Source: Acidimicrobiaceae bacterium
GTDB taxonomy: Bacteria > Actinomycetota > Acidimicrobiia > Acidimicrobiales > Aldehydirespiratoraceae
Direction of reading: 5' to 3'
DNA length: 64,000 nucleotides
Assembly (NCBI GenBank): GCA_009845995.1
Contig: VXYK01000013.1
Location: forward strand, 2,010-66,009
The notes under the pieces were generated by a model. That model searched no databases. It was not told where the DNA came from and worked only from the letters and a program-made list of their open reading frames with translations. Numbering within the stretch: the first letter of the stretch is position 1; each line of letters begins with the position of its first letter. The translations under genes and the position numbers were made by a program. This document shows positions 37,824-46,540 of this stretch, one piece after another.

Positions 37824-39250
37824 CAGTCCTCCCGTGTCGGGTCGGCACTGCGAACGGGTCGTGCTTTCCAAAAGTAGTTGTGGATCTCGTCGCTGGTGTA
37901 CAACCGTCGAAAGGTCGGTTCGACCCGCTGACCAACCTCGACCTCGTGCGCGGCGACATCTGTGAGTTCCAACGGCGCCCGTCCTCCCCCATCGAAGTCG
38001 ACCACCGCAAAAACCACCGGTGGACTAGGTGAATACACAAGTTTGTCGACGGTGAAACTGGCGATGGTGCCCTCTGTGTCGGCCAGCGCCACCGGTTCCA
38101 TGTCGTCGACCGCGCCGCCCTTCTCGGAAACCCGCGCAGGCGGGAGGTGGATCATCTGACTGGAACGATCTCGGGTGCCGACGAACCCGAACTTCCACGC
38201 TCCACGACGGTGAGCAGCACTGGCTGAAGGGCGATTGGGTGCCGGTCGGTTGGGCGGCTCCACCGCAACCATCTGACGCCACGACAGATACTTGCCGTAG
38301 CTCACCGACCCACCCGCGGCTATCTGTGCCGAAACTGTCGAGGAGACATCGTGGTCAACGATTGCTTCGGTGGTTCGCAGCACCACGGCTTCCACGCCGT
38401 CGGCAAGCACAACAAGCATGATGACCTCGTTGGGACCTGCTGCCTCAAGCGCTGACGCGAGCATCAACGCGCAATGAGCGGTGCCGGTATTGCCGACCGT
38501 GCCTGCCAAGTCGTCGACGATCTTGTCGGTGGCGACTCCCAGCCGAGCCCGGTTGCGTTGAACGGCCCGGCTGTGCATCCCGGTCAATGCCAGGTGGTCC
38601 ACATCATCGGTGCTGATACCAGCGTCCGCCAGAGCCGCGGCGAACGCTTCTTGGATCAACGGCGCATAGGCGACCTCGCCGAACCGTTCCTCCCAAACCC
38701 GCGACCGTGGTGCGCCGGGAATCCGCCAACGTTCCAGAATCTCGTCGGTAGCGACCCCAGAACCTACATACTCAGCGATCACCGTGCCCGCCGTGTCGTC
38801 GCCGACCAGCAGCGCCGCGGCACCATCGCCGCCTGCCGCTTCGTCGCTGGAAGTGGCCATGCCGTCGCGAATGTCCGACGACACGACCAGAATTGTGCCC
38901 AGCCCCGTCAGCGCCGTGCGCAACGTTCCGATACCAGAGCGAAGCGCTCCGCCCATATCGAGAGCACCCACCGACGGCGCCAGACGCAGGGCCGCATGGA
39001 TGGCCGTGGCATTGGTCTTTTCGAGATATGCCGGTGTGGACGTGGCGAACCAGAGAGAGTCCACGGTGACGTCTCCGGCGTTGCGCAGAGCGTTGCGGGC
39101 AGCCTCTGCCCCCATGGTCGTGGTGTCCTCGTCGTAGGACGCTACTGAGCGCGTTCCCCGTCCTCCGCCCTTGCCGAACAGGGCCGCGATCTCTGATCGA
39201 TCAAGACGGTGATGTGGAACGTGGACCCCGGCGGCGATGATGCCACGCAT
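37823..39250 (-). CDS. HMG-CoA synthase-like (thiolase-fold) domain fused to a C-terminal DUF35 OB-fold domain
   Basis: The N-terminal ~345 aa align by eye with HMGCS/KAS-III-like proteins. The C-terminal ~120 aa (GTIASFTVDKLVYSPSPPVVFAVVDFDGGGR...VEVGQRVEPTF) look like the DUF35 OB fold. No zinc-ribbon cysteines are seen. Confidence 0.7.
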   Translation of the reverse strand: MRGIIAAGVHVPHHRLDRSEIAALFGKGGGRGTRSVASYDEDTTTMGAEAARNALRNAGDVTVDSLWFATSTPAYLEKTNATAIHAALRLAPSVGALDMGGALRSGIGTLRTALTGLGTILVVSSDIRDGMATSSDEAAGGDGAAALLVGDDTAGTVIAEYVGSGVATDEILERWRIPGAPRSRVWEERFGEVAYAPLIQEAFAAALADAGISTDDVDHLALTGMHSRAVQRNRARLGVATDKIVDDLAGTVGNTGTAHCALMLASALEAAGPNEVIMLVVLADGVEAVVLRTTEAIVDHDVSSTVSAQIAAGGSVSYGKYLSWRQMVAVEPPNRPAPNRPSASAAHRRGAWKFGFVGTRDRSSQMIHLPPARVSEKGGAVDDMEPVALADTEGTIASFTVDKLVYSPSPPVVFAVVDFDGGGRAPLELTDVAAHEVEVGQRVEPTFRRLYTSDEIHNYFWKARPVRSADPTRED

Positions 39251-39351
39251 GCGCTCTCCTGTGGCTTAACAGCCTCGTTCAGATGTGACAGTGCGCCTCA
39301 GAGGTTATCCGTTGACACCGTGTACCCCAGCATTCGCTGTGCAACCCGGCA

Positions 39352-40197
39352 CTATCGGCTTGTGCGGAGCTCGCTGATCCGGCGGCGGGCGATCCCGAGA
39401 TCATCGGGATTGGTCACTCCGACCCACGCTTCGGCGGTCGGGATCACCACCACCTTCAACTCCGAGGACGACATGAGTTCATCGACCATCGAGGGAAGCA
39501 GAAACTCTGCTTTTTCGTCACTGCCGTGTTTGCGCATGAACCGCTCGAACCCGGCTTGGAGCTGGTCGAAGATCTGCTCTGGTAAAGCCCAGAAGTTCAT
39601 GGACACGACCGCATCGGGCGCCAGCAGTCCAGGCGGATCGGTCGCAGTGATTGAACCGTCTCGTTGCCGACTGATGCCATGGGTCTCAACGAGCTCCACC
39701 AGTTCGTCTCCCTCAACCGTGCAAATGCCCCGGCTGACCTCGCCAATCTCTGGAAGGGTTCGTTCCAGACGAAACCCCCCGAGCAGTGCCTGTCCGGCCT
39801 CGAGCACGCTGGTTCGAGCGACCACAGAGTCATATGTGGAACGGCCGTAATAGTCATCGGCATTGCAAACAATGAACGGACCATCCACCTCCGCAGCCGC
39901 AGCTAGCACCGCGTGCGCGGTCCCCCACGGCTTGGCGCGCGGCGGTCCGTGCTCATCCTGACAGACGTAGCTGATTTCGAGATCCCCGTAGCGGTCACCA
40001 ATATGGCGCTGCACATCGTCTTTGATGTCACTGCGGACGATCAGCACGACCCTGCCCACACCGGCGTCGACCGCGTCGCGGATCGCATAGTCAATAAAGG
40101 CCTCACCGTCGGCGCCGACTACCGCAAGCTGTTTGGTGCCGCCGAATCGCGAGCCGAGACCCGCTGCCATTACAACCAGAGAAACCATGCCCGACAC
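39352..40197 (-). CDS. Sugar/polyol-phosphate nucleotidyltransferase
   Basis: N-terminal VVMAAGLGSRFGGTKQL nucleotide-binding loop, KPWGTAHAV, and the CNADDYYG motif. 281 aa. Confidence 0.7.
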   Translation of the reverse strand: MSGMVSLVVMAAGLGSRFGGTKQLAVVGADGEAFIDYAIRDAVDAGVGRVVLIVRSDIKDDVQRHIGDRYGDLEISYVCQDEHGPPRAKPWGTAHAVLAAAAEVDGPFIVCNADDYYGRSTYDSVVARTSVLEAGQALLGGFRLERTLPEIGEVSRGICTVEGDELVELVETHGISRQRDGSITATDPPGLLAPDAVVSMNFWALPEQIFDQLQAGFERFMRKHGSDEKAEFLLPSMVDELMSSSELKVVVIPTAEAWVGVTNPDDLGIARRRISELRTSR

Positions 40198-40199
40198 GG

Positions 40200-41150
40200 T
40201 CAGAACGCTGCGCCGTGCGGTTCGAAGACAACCTTGATCGCCCCCGAGGAGCGGTCCCGCGCCGTGGCGAATGCCTCCGTTGCACCATCAAGGGGATACC
40301 GGTGCGAGATCAAGGCATCGCCGAGTTGGGGCATCTCCGAGAGCAGCGCCGCGGCGCTGGAAATCTCGCGTTCTCCAGCGGTTTGGCTGTACATCATCGC
40401 GGGGACAAGCGTGACCTCCGCCATGAGGATCGTCATGTCCAGTTCCACCGGATCCCAGAATGATCCGACCATGCAGACCCGTCCCCCGTATCGGCATCGC
40501 CTCACCGATTCAAGCAGCGAGGACGTGGAACCGACAGCATCGAAGACCACGTCGTAGCCGTCGCTCACCTCGACATTGGCCCCGATCGATTGCGCCGCTG
40601 TCGCCTGGTGGTCGTGGCGGGCGCTGATGTCGGCGTCGAAACCTGCTCGGCGCAAAGCCGCCGCCGTCGCCAGGCCTATCGGACCGGCTCCAATTATCCC
40701 GACCCGTTCCCCCGCCTGCATTCGCGCGCGGTTCACCGCGTGGACGGCCACAGCCAGATTCTCGACAAGCGAGGCATCGGTCACCTTGATCCCGCTGGGG
40801 AGGCGGACCAGAGCTTCTGGCGGTGCCAACAGGTATTCGCCCATGCCTCCGTCGCTGAACACGCCGATTATGTCTGCACCGGCGTCGCAGCGATGCCGTT
40901 CGCCTTCTTTGCAGTTCCCGCAGTGACCGCATGAGCGCAGCGGTTCGACAGCAACGGGGGTGCCGTCGTCGAGGTGCCCTGAGATCTCGTGACCGAGCAC
41001 CCTGCCCTCGGCCATTTTGTTGTCGATCATGTGGAGGTCCGATCCGCAGATCCCTACAGCAGCGACCTTGACGCGGAACTGGTTCGGGTCTGAGGGCGTC
41101 GGCGCATCGGTCAGCGTCGGTTGCCCGTCGATGACCCGAACGACTTTCAT
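40200..41150 (-). CDS. Zinc-dependent medium-chain alcohol/polyol dehydrogenase
   Basis: Catalytic Zn ligands in GICGSDLH and GHEISG. Structural Zn cluster CGHCGNCKEGERHRC. NAD motif GIIGAGPIG. Confidence 0.85.
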   Translation of the reverse strand: MKVVRVIDGQPTLTDAPTPSDPNQFRVKVAAVGICGSDLHMIDNKMAEGRVLGHEISGHLDDGTPVAVEPLRSCGHCGNCKEGERHRCDAGADIIGVFSDGGMGEYLLAPPEALVRLPSGIKVTDASLVENLAVAVHAVNRARMQAGERVGIIGAGPIGLATAAALRRAGFDADISARHDHQATAAQSIGANVEVSDGYDVVFDAVGSTSSLLESVRRCRYGGRVCMVGSFWDPVELDMTILMAEVTLVPAMMYSQTAGEREISSAAALLSEMPQLGDALISHRYPLDGATEAFATARDRSSGAIKVVFEPHGAAF

Positions 41151-41189
41151 CAGCGTTCGGCTCTCGTCGGCTCGGCTGCGATCACCAGT

Positions 41190-41798
41190 TCACCAATCGA
41201 TCAAATCCCGCACATGATGCGTTTCGTTGATGGACCGAACCGACCGGATGCCAACAAATGCTGCCTGCACCCGGCTGATGCTGCAATAGTCAACGACCAT
41301 CGCCAGTGGGTCCGGGAACTTGAGAATGGACCTGAGGAACACCATCGTGGTCATGCCGTGGCAGAAGGCGACAACCGTCTTGGACCGGTTGTTGTCGATC
41401 ACATTGTTGAAACCACGCAGCACACGTTCCTCGAAGGCGTCGAGCCCGTCGCTGAAGATGGTTTCGTGGAGGTCCCCCTCAAACATCTCGGCGACGACGG
41501 GATCGTTGATGTCCATCTCCTCAGTCGGGACATAGGCTTTGTTGCGGTGATCGGACTCCTTCAGATCGTCGATCAACTCGATCTCCAGGCCGAGCATTTC
41601 AGCCAAGGGCATCGCTGTCTGGTGTGCTCGTAGCATCGTTGAGGCGACAACGTGGTCGATCCCCTCGTTCATCAAGTATTCGGCGGTTCTCTTGGCTTGC
41701 TGATGGCCGAGTTCTGACAACGGCGGATCGGCCGTCTCATGTTCACCGTCAACAACGTGACGTGTCGGTCGGCCGTGTCGAACAATAATCAAATCCAC
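41190..41798 (-). CDS. Histidine phosphatase family protein (phosphoglycerate mutase-like)
   Basis: MDLIIVRHGRP RHG motif at the N-terminus, and a later CHG region. Confidence 0.8.
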   Translation of the reverse strand: MDLIIVRHGRPTRHVVDGEHETADPPLSELGHQQAKRTAEYLMNEGIDHVVASTMLRAHQTAMPLAEMLGLEIELIDDLKESDHRNKAYVPTEEMDINDPVVAEMFEGDLHETIFSDGLDAFEERVLRGFNNVIDNNRSKTVVAFCHGMTTMVFLRSILKFPDPLAMVVDYCSISRVQAAFVGIRSVRSINETHHVRDLIDW

Positions 41799-41882
41799 GG
41801 ATATGCACCCTACGGCGACAACGCTCGATCAACGAACTCAGACCGACAATCCGGCGGCTTCCGATAGCGGCCGTCAAGGCGC

Positions 41883-42734
41883 TCAGGGCCAGCCGGCACC
41901 GGGGACCTCCACCCGAACTGTCTCGATTCGGCCCTGACTTGTGCCGCCTACACGGTCCGGATGAGAATCGGGGGCTGTCACCAGAAACAGCGTGCGTCCG
42001 TCTTCGCCACCCAACATGCAGGCAAAACAACTCAACTCAGTCTCCACTCGATGAGTGATCTCGCCCCCCTCAAGTACCCGCAAGGCTGCCTTGCCGATCG
42101 CATCAGCGAACCAGATCCCGTCTTCCGCGTCGTAGCAGCAGCCATCGGGGGCAGTTCCGTGCACCTCCGCCCACACTCTCCGGTTCGAGAGACGTCCAGC
42201 TTCGCCGATGTCGAACGCCTGGAACTCCCCGCCGAAACTCTCACCCACGATGAACGTGCTCTGATCGGGAGTGATGACCGACCCGTTGGGGAACTTCAGG
42301 TCAGCCGCCGCGGCTTCCACCGTGCCATCGGGTTGAACCAAAGCCAGCGTGGCCGGGACAAGCTCGAGCCCGGCGTGGAGATCAGCGCCGAAATTGCCCA
42401 CGTAGGCGCGGCCTTCGGCGTCCACGACCATGTCATTGCAGTGGAAGGTGGCCACTTCGGACAGATCGGCGTGCTCGCGCAATTCGGTGCCGTCGTAGCG
42501 AAGCAGTTTCCGGTCCAGCATCGACACCAGCAACAGATCACCGTTTGGGAGCCAGCCCAAGCCCGATGGTTGCCCCGACATCTCCAGCACGACCTCAACC
42601 GAACCGTCAAGTGAGACCGCCTTCACAGCATGTTGATAGAAATCCGAGAACCACAAGCGGCCGTCGTGCCACCGAGGGCCCTCACCAAAATCAATTCCTC
42701 CAACCAACGGTTCTGGACGCTCAAGTATCTCCAT
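41883..42734 (-). CDS. SMP-30/gluconolactonase/LRE family protein
   Basis: 283 aa with EGPRWHDGRLWFSD and repeated beta-propeller blades (NDMVVD, PNGSVITPD). Confidence 0.8.
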   Translation of the reverse strand: MEILERPEPLVGGIDFGEGPRWHDGRLWFSDFYQHAVKAVSLDGSVEVVLEMSGQPSGLGWLPNGDLLLVSMLDRKLLRYDGTELREHADLSEVATFHCNDMVVDAEGRAYVGNFGADLHAGLELVPATLALVQPDGTVEAAAADLKFPNGSVITPDQSTFIVGESFGGEFQAFDIGEAGRLSNRRVWAEVHGTAPDGCCYDAEDGIWFADAIGKAALRVLEGGEITHRVETELSCFACMLGGEDGRTLFLVTAPDSHPDRVGGTSQGRIETVRVEVPGAGWP

Positions 42735-42809
42735 CCCGGAACCATAGCCCCGTTGGTGTTCGACTCAAGGACCGGGCTTTTGGCTTCAGAAGACGGGAGA
42801 CACGTGGCG

Positions 42810-43892
42810 TCAGAACACGGGAGACACGCCCAGGCCGGGGGATTGGGGAAGGTGCAGTCTGCCGCCTTCGAGGTTGAGGCGGGGGGCCGTGTCTTCGGCG
42901 AGCAGGGTTGAGGTGGCCAAGCCGTGAGCCACTTCCGGCAGGACGGCCGCGGCGAAATGGGCTGCGTGGGCTACTCCTACGGCGCTGTCGATCATGGAGG
43001 TGACCACTGCTCCGGCGCCGGTCTCTTCGGCCATGGCTAAGGCGGCCATGGCCAGGTCAGACCCGCCGAGAGCTTGTGGCTTCACGATCACGACTCTGAT
43101 CGCATCTGTTTTCAGCGCCGCGGCTATATCGCCGACCGTTACAGCCGACTCGTCGACGGCCACTGGGACCACACCTGCAGCACCGACTACGGCTATGCCG
43201 TCGATACCAGCTGTGGGTTCTTCACAAAAGGTGATGTCGTAGTCAGCCATCCTTCGCAACGTGTCAACCGCAGTTTCGATATCCCAGCCGCCGTTGGCAT
43301 CAAGCCGGAGTTCGATGTCGTCGCCTATCGCTGATCGCGTGGCCGCCACTCGGGCCACGTCAGTATTCGAGTCTGTGGCGGCGACCTTCAGTTTGACGGC
43401 GGAGATTCCTTCACTTGCCAGTTCCGCCGCAGCTGCAGCCACTCGTTCTGGTTGGAGGTCCGAGATCAACCCGTTGACCGATACCGAGTGAGGCAACGCC
43501 TCCCGTGGCACGGAGCCGAATCGACCGTTGAGAAGCGAGCCAAGACTCACCCCGTCACTCTGAGCAGCCAAATCAAGGGACGCTCCGGCTATCGCTGCAC
43601 GGGCGTGGGGATGAGTTTCAAGTTCAGCGAGAATCTCCGTCAAACGAGGGTCGTCGACACTGTCGCACTCGCTCAACCGCGGGGCAACCGACTCCAGCCC
43701 TCTCCTGCAGTCATCACAAGATTCTCGCGACCAACCGGGTAACGGGGCTGCCTCTCCCCAGCCGACATGTACGCCGTCACTGATCGCAAACAGCACCCCG
43801 TCTCGGTACTCGTGAACTCCGTGCGCGGTGACCAACGGCGATGCCAGCGCAAGCCGGTAGTCGCGCAGTTCGGTGGTCAGGCCCATGGTCAA
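42810..43892 (-). CDS. menC: o-Succinylbenzoate synthase (enolase superfamily)
   Basis: Enolase-superfamily metal/base motifs (AVKLKV, RLDANGGW, FCEEP). Overlaps menH inside a men gene string. Confidence 0.75.
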   Translation of the reverse strand: MTMGLTTELRDYRLALASPLVTAHGVHEYRDGVLFAISDGVHVGWGEAAPLPGWSRESCDDCRRGLESVAPRLSECDSVDDPRLTEILAELETHPHARAAIAGASLDLAAQSDGVSLGSLLNGRFGSVPREALPHSVSVNGLISDLQPERVAAAAAELASEGISAVKLKVAATDSNTDVARVAATRSAIGDDIELRLDANGGWDIETAVDTLRRMADYDITFCEEPTAGIDGIAVVGAAGVVPVAVDESAVTVGDIAAALKTDAIRVVIVKPQALGGSDLAMAALAMAEETGAGAVVTSMIDSAVGVAHAAHFAAAVLPEVAHGLATSTLLAEDTAPRLNLEGGRLHLPQSPGLGVSPVF

Positions 43893-44719
43893 TCCAAGCC
43901 CATCTGGCGACGGATCACCGCCGCGACCGCGTCGGGTTGCTCTAGATGTGCAGCGTGGCCTGCGTCGTCGATCACAGCGATCTCAGCTCGCGGCATTCGC
44001 GCAGCCAGTTCGACGGAGATCTGCGCGTATTTCGGGTCTTCGACGCCAGTGACGAACACCGTGGGAACGGCGCATGACCTGAGTTCGTCGTGCAACGGTG
44101 CCATCGATCCGGTGCCCGCGGCACCCAAGCTCCGAACCAACCCCACCGCCGAGTTGCGCAACCGCTGCGCCCTCGCCGCTGCCAGAAAGTCCTCCGCGAG
44201 ACGTGCCTGTGTGGCAAACAGCGGATTCGCCATCCAGTTGTCGACGAACTGCTCGAGGCCATCACGCTCAATGCTCTTGGCCAACGCTGCGTCGGACTGT
44301 CGACGAGCAGCTCTTTCGGCTTCTGTGGCCAAACCCGCCGAAGCGCCGATGAGCGTGAGCGAGCGCAGCAGCTCCAGACGTCGGCAAGCAAGTGTCAGCG
44401 CTACCCTGCCGCCCATCGAATAGCCGACCAGATGAAACGGGACGCTCCCATAACTCTCGCCAATTGCTGCGATATGTGCAGCCATCGCATCGACCGAATA
44501 GCTCGCTTCGTCAAGCGGACAACTGCTGCGACCATGACCGACCAGGTCGGGGGCAACTACCTCCGCTTCAGGCTCCAGCCGTTGAGCCAAGCCCTCCATC
44601 GTGGTGCCATCCCCCGTGAAGCCATGCAGCAGAACCACAGTCGGTCCGCTCCCACGGCGCTCGACATGGAGATCCACCCCCTGAGAGACCGTCACTGTGT
44701 TCACTGAAATAGCGTTCAC
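43889..44719 (-). CDS. menH: 2-succinyl-6-hydroxy-2,4-cyclohexadiene-1-carboxylate synthase (alpha/beta hydrolase)
   Basis: VVLLHGFTGDG, nucleophile elbow GYSMGGRVAL, and a C-terminal GHAAHLE. Positioned between menD and menC. Confidence 0.75.
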   Translation of the reverse strand: MNAISVNTVTVSQGVDLHVERRGSGPTVVLLHGFTGDGTTMEGLAQRLEPEAEVVAPDLVGHGRSSCPLDEASYSVDAMAAHIAAIGESYGSVPFHLVGYSMGGRVALTLACRRLELLRSLTLIGASAGLATEAERAARRQSDAALAKSIERDGLEQFVDNWMANPLFATQARLAEDFLAAARAQRLRNSAVGLVRSLGAAGTGSMAPLHDELRSCAVPTVFVTGVEDPKYAQISVELAARMPRAEIAVIDDAGHAAHLEQPDAVAAVIRRQMGLD

Positions 44720-44731
44720 GCGTAGCCCATT

Positions 44732-46540
44732 TCACGAGATGGCAGCGTTGACGGCGCTAGCGATCGCTTGGTGTTGAGCCAGGTCGGCGTCGGGATCTAC
44801 CGGAACCAGTAAAACGTCCACACCGGGCGTATTTCGCTCGCAGCTTGAGCGGAGCGCTTCGGCGAGTTCGGACTCTGAGGTCACCTCGCTGATGCGGACC
44901 CCGCCGACACCGCTGAAGTCGGCCAGGTTCAGTTCGTGGGGAGTCCGAAAGAGCGTCTCGAAGTCCACTTCCCGGCCGCGAGACGCAATCGGAAGCGCCG
45001 CGAAGATACCTCCGCCGTTGTTGTCAACGCACACGACCGTCAGATGCAGGCCACAGCGAGCCGCGCTGAAGAGGGCGCCGAGATCGTGCAGCAGGGCAAG
45101 ATCGCCTATGTAGAGCGCGACGGGACCGTCGTGTTGTGATGCCAAGCCCAACGCAGTCGAGGTGATGCCGTCGATGCCGCTGGCCCCGCGGTTACCGACG
45201 AAATCAATACGAGGACCATCGGTGGCCACAAACGAGTCGAGCTCGCGTACTGGCATTGAGTTGGAGGCCATCAACAAAGTCCCGGAGGGGACCGTCTCGG
45301 TCAGAACCGACGTGACCAGAGCGCTGAGCAACGGACCTCGCCCGAGCTCCTCGGTTATGACTCGGCCGGCGACCAGATCCAGTTCCTTCCAGCGGTCACA
45401 CCAAGCCGACTCTTGGCGCACCGCGGCCCCAACCGCCGACAGCACCGCGACCGGGTCCGCCGCCACATGACGCGTGACAATGAACGAGGGGTCTTGCCAG
45501 CGATTTGCGGGGTCGATCAGGAGCACATGGGTGGGCCGGTGAGCTTCAAGCCACAACCGCAGGGGTTTGGTGGTCGGGGTTCCTCCGAGCCGAATTACCA
45601 CGTCAGGGCACAGTTCCTCGACAACTCCGGCGTGGCGAAGTATGTGATCTGCGTTGGCAATCACGGTCGCGGGCGAATCGCCACGGGCGCGACGGGTACC
45701 CGCGATCGGTTCGCCGATAACAGGCCACGCGGTGGCAGCGCTCAACGCCAGCGCCGCTGACACGACTTCATTCTGGGCTTCGACTCCCCTGGCGGCATCG
45801 GGGCCCACGATGATCACGCCACGTTCGTAAGACACCAGATCTGCCAGCGGGTTGCTTTCGCCGGGCGCGTTGCTGTTGCCGGGCGTAGCCGGAGCCCTTA
45901 CGTTGCCTTTGCCGGGCGTAGCCGGAGCCCTCCAGGCGCTTTCGCCGGGCGCGGTGCTAGCGCCGGGCGTAGCCGGAGCTGGTGCGTCGACTACGGGAAC
46001 TGCAGCGATTGGTTCCAACGGTTCGCGCAGGGGCCAGTTGAGATGGACCGGCCCGGGGTCGATCCCGGTCGCAGAGACCACCGCACGATGGGCGATGAGT
46101 CGGCCCTGAGTCGGAGTCCACTCACCAGCGACCGCCAGATCGGCTGCCCACCGGGTAGCTGCACCATAAATCTTGACTTGGTCGATGGTTTGGGGGGAAC
46201 CCCAGTCTCGCAACTCAGGGGGGCGATCAGCGGTACAGACGATCATCGGCACGCCCGCGTGGTGCGCTTCGATGACCGCCGGAAGGTAATTCGCCGCCGC
46301 GGTACCCGAGGTACTCACCAGCACCGACGGCCGACCCGTGCGGCGGGCTTGGCCGAGCGCAAAGAACCCTGCTGATCGTTCGTCGAGTTGAATCCAAGTG
46401 CGGAGTCTGGGTTGGGCATGCAAAGTAAGAGCCAATGGCGTCGACCTCGAGCCGGGGCTGATCACCACATCGGTCACCCCCTGCTCAACCAGCCCCGCAG
46501 CAAACGAAGCGACCGTGTCGTAGACGAGATCAGAAACCAC
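44732..46540 (-). CDS. menD: 2-succinyl-5-enolpyruvyl-6-hydroxy-3-cyclohexene-1-carboxylate synthase (ThDP-dependent)
   Basis: VVISPGSRSTPLALTL ... LDERSAGFFALG ... STSGTAAANYLPAVIEA are classic MenD N-terminal motifs. ThDP motif GDLALLHD. Confidence 0.9.
   Translation of the reverse strand: MVSDLVYDTVASFAAGLVEQGVTDVVISPGSRSTPLALTLHAQPRLRTWIQLDERSAGFFALGQARRTGRPSVLVSTSGTAAANYLPAVIEAHHAGVPMIVCTADRPPELRDWGSPQTIDQVKIYGAATRWAADLAVAGEWTPTQGRLIAHRAVVSATGIDPGPVHLNWPLREPLEPIAAVPVVDAPAPATPGASTAPGESAWRAPATPGKGNVRAPATPGNSNAPGESNPLADLVSYERGVIIVGPDAARGVEAQNEVVSAALALSAATAWPVIGEPIAGTRRARGDSPATVIANADHILRHAGVVEELCPDVVIRLGGTPTTKPLRLWLEAHRPTHVLLIDPANRWQDPSFIVTRHVAADPVAVLSAVGAAVRQESAWCDRWKELDLVAGRVITEELGRGPLLSALVTSVLTETVPSGTLLMASNSMPVRELDSFVATDGPRIDFVGNRGASGIDGITSTALGLASQHDGPVALYIGDLALLHDLGALFSAARCGLHLTVVCVDNNGGGIFAALPIASRGREVDFETLFRTPHELNLADFSGVGGVRISEVTSESELAEALRSSCERNTPGVDVLLVPVDPDADLAQHQAIASAVNAAIS
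45855..45981. repeat. Imperfect tandem repeats inside menD: GCCGGGCGTAGCCGGAGC three times, and a ~42-bp block duplicated with an 84-bp period
   Basis: Copies at 45878-45895, 45911-45928 and 45962-45979. CTTTCGCCGGGCGCG occurs at 45855 and 45939. They encode the APATPG-rich segment of MenD. Confidence 0.8.
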
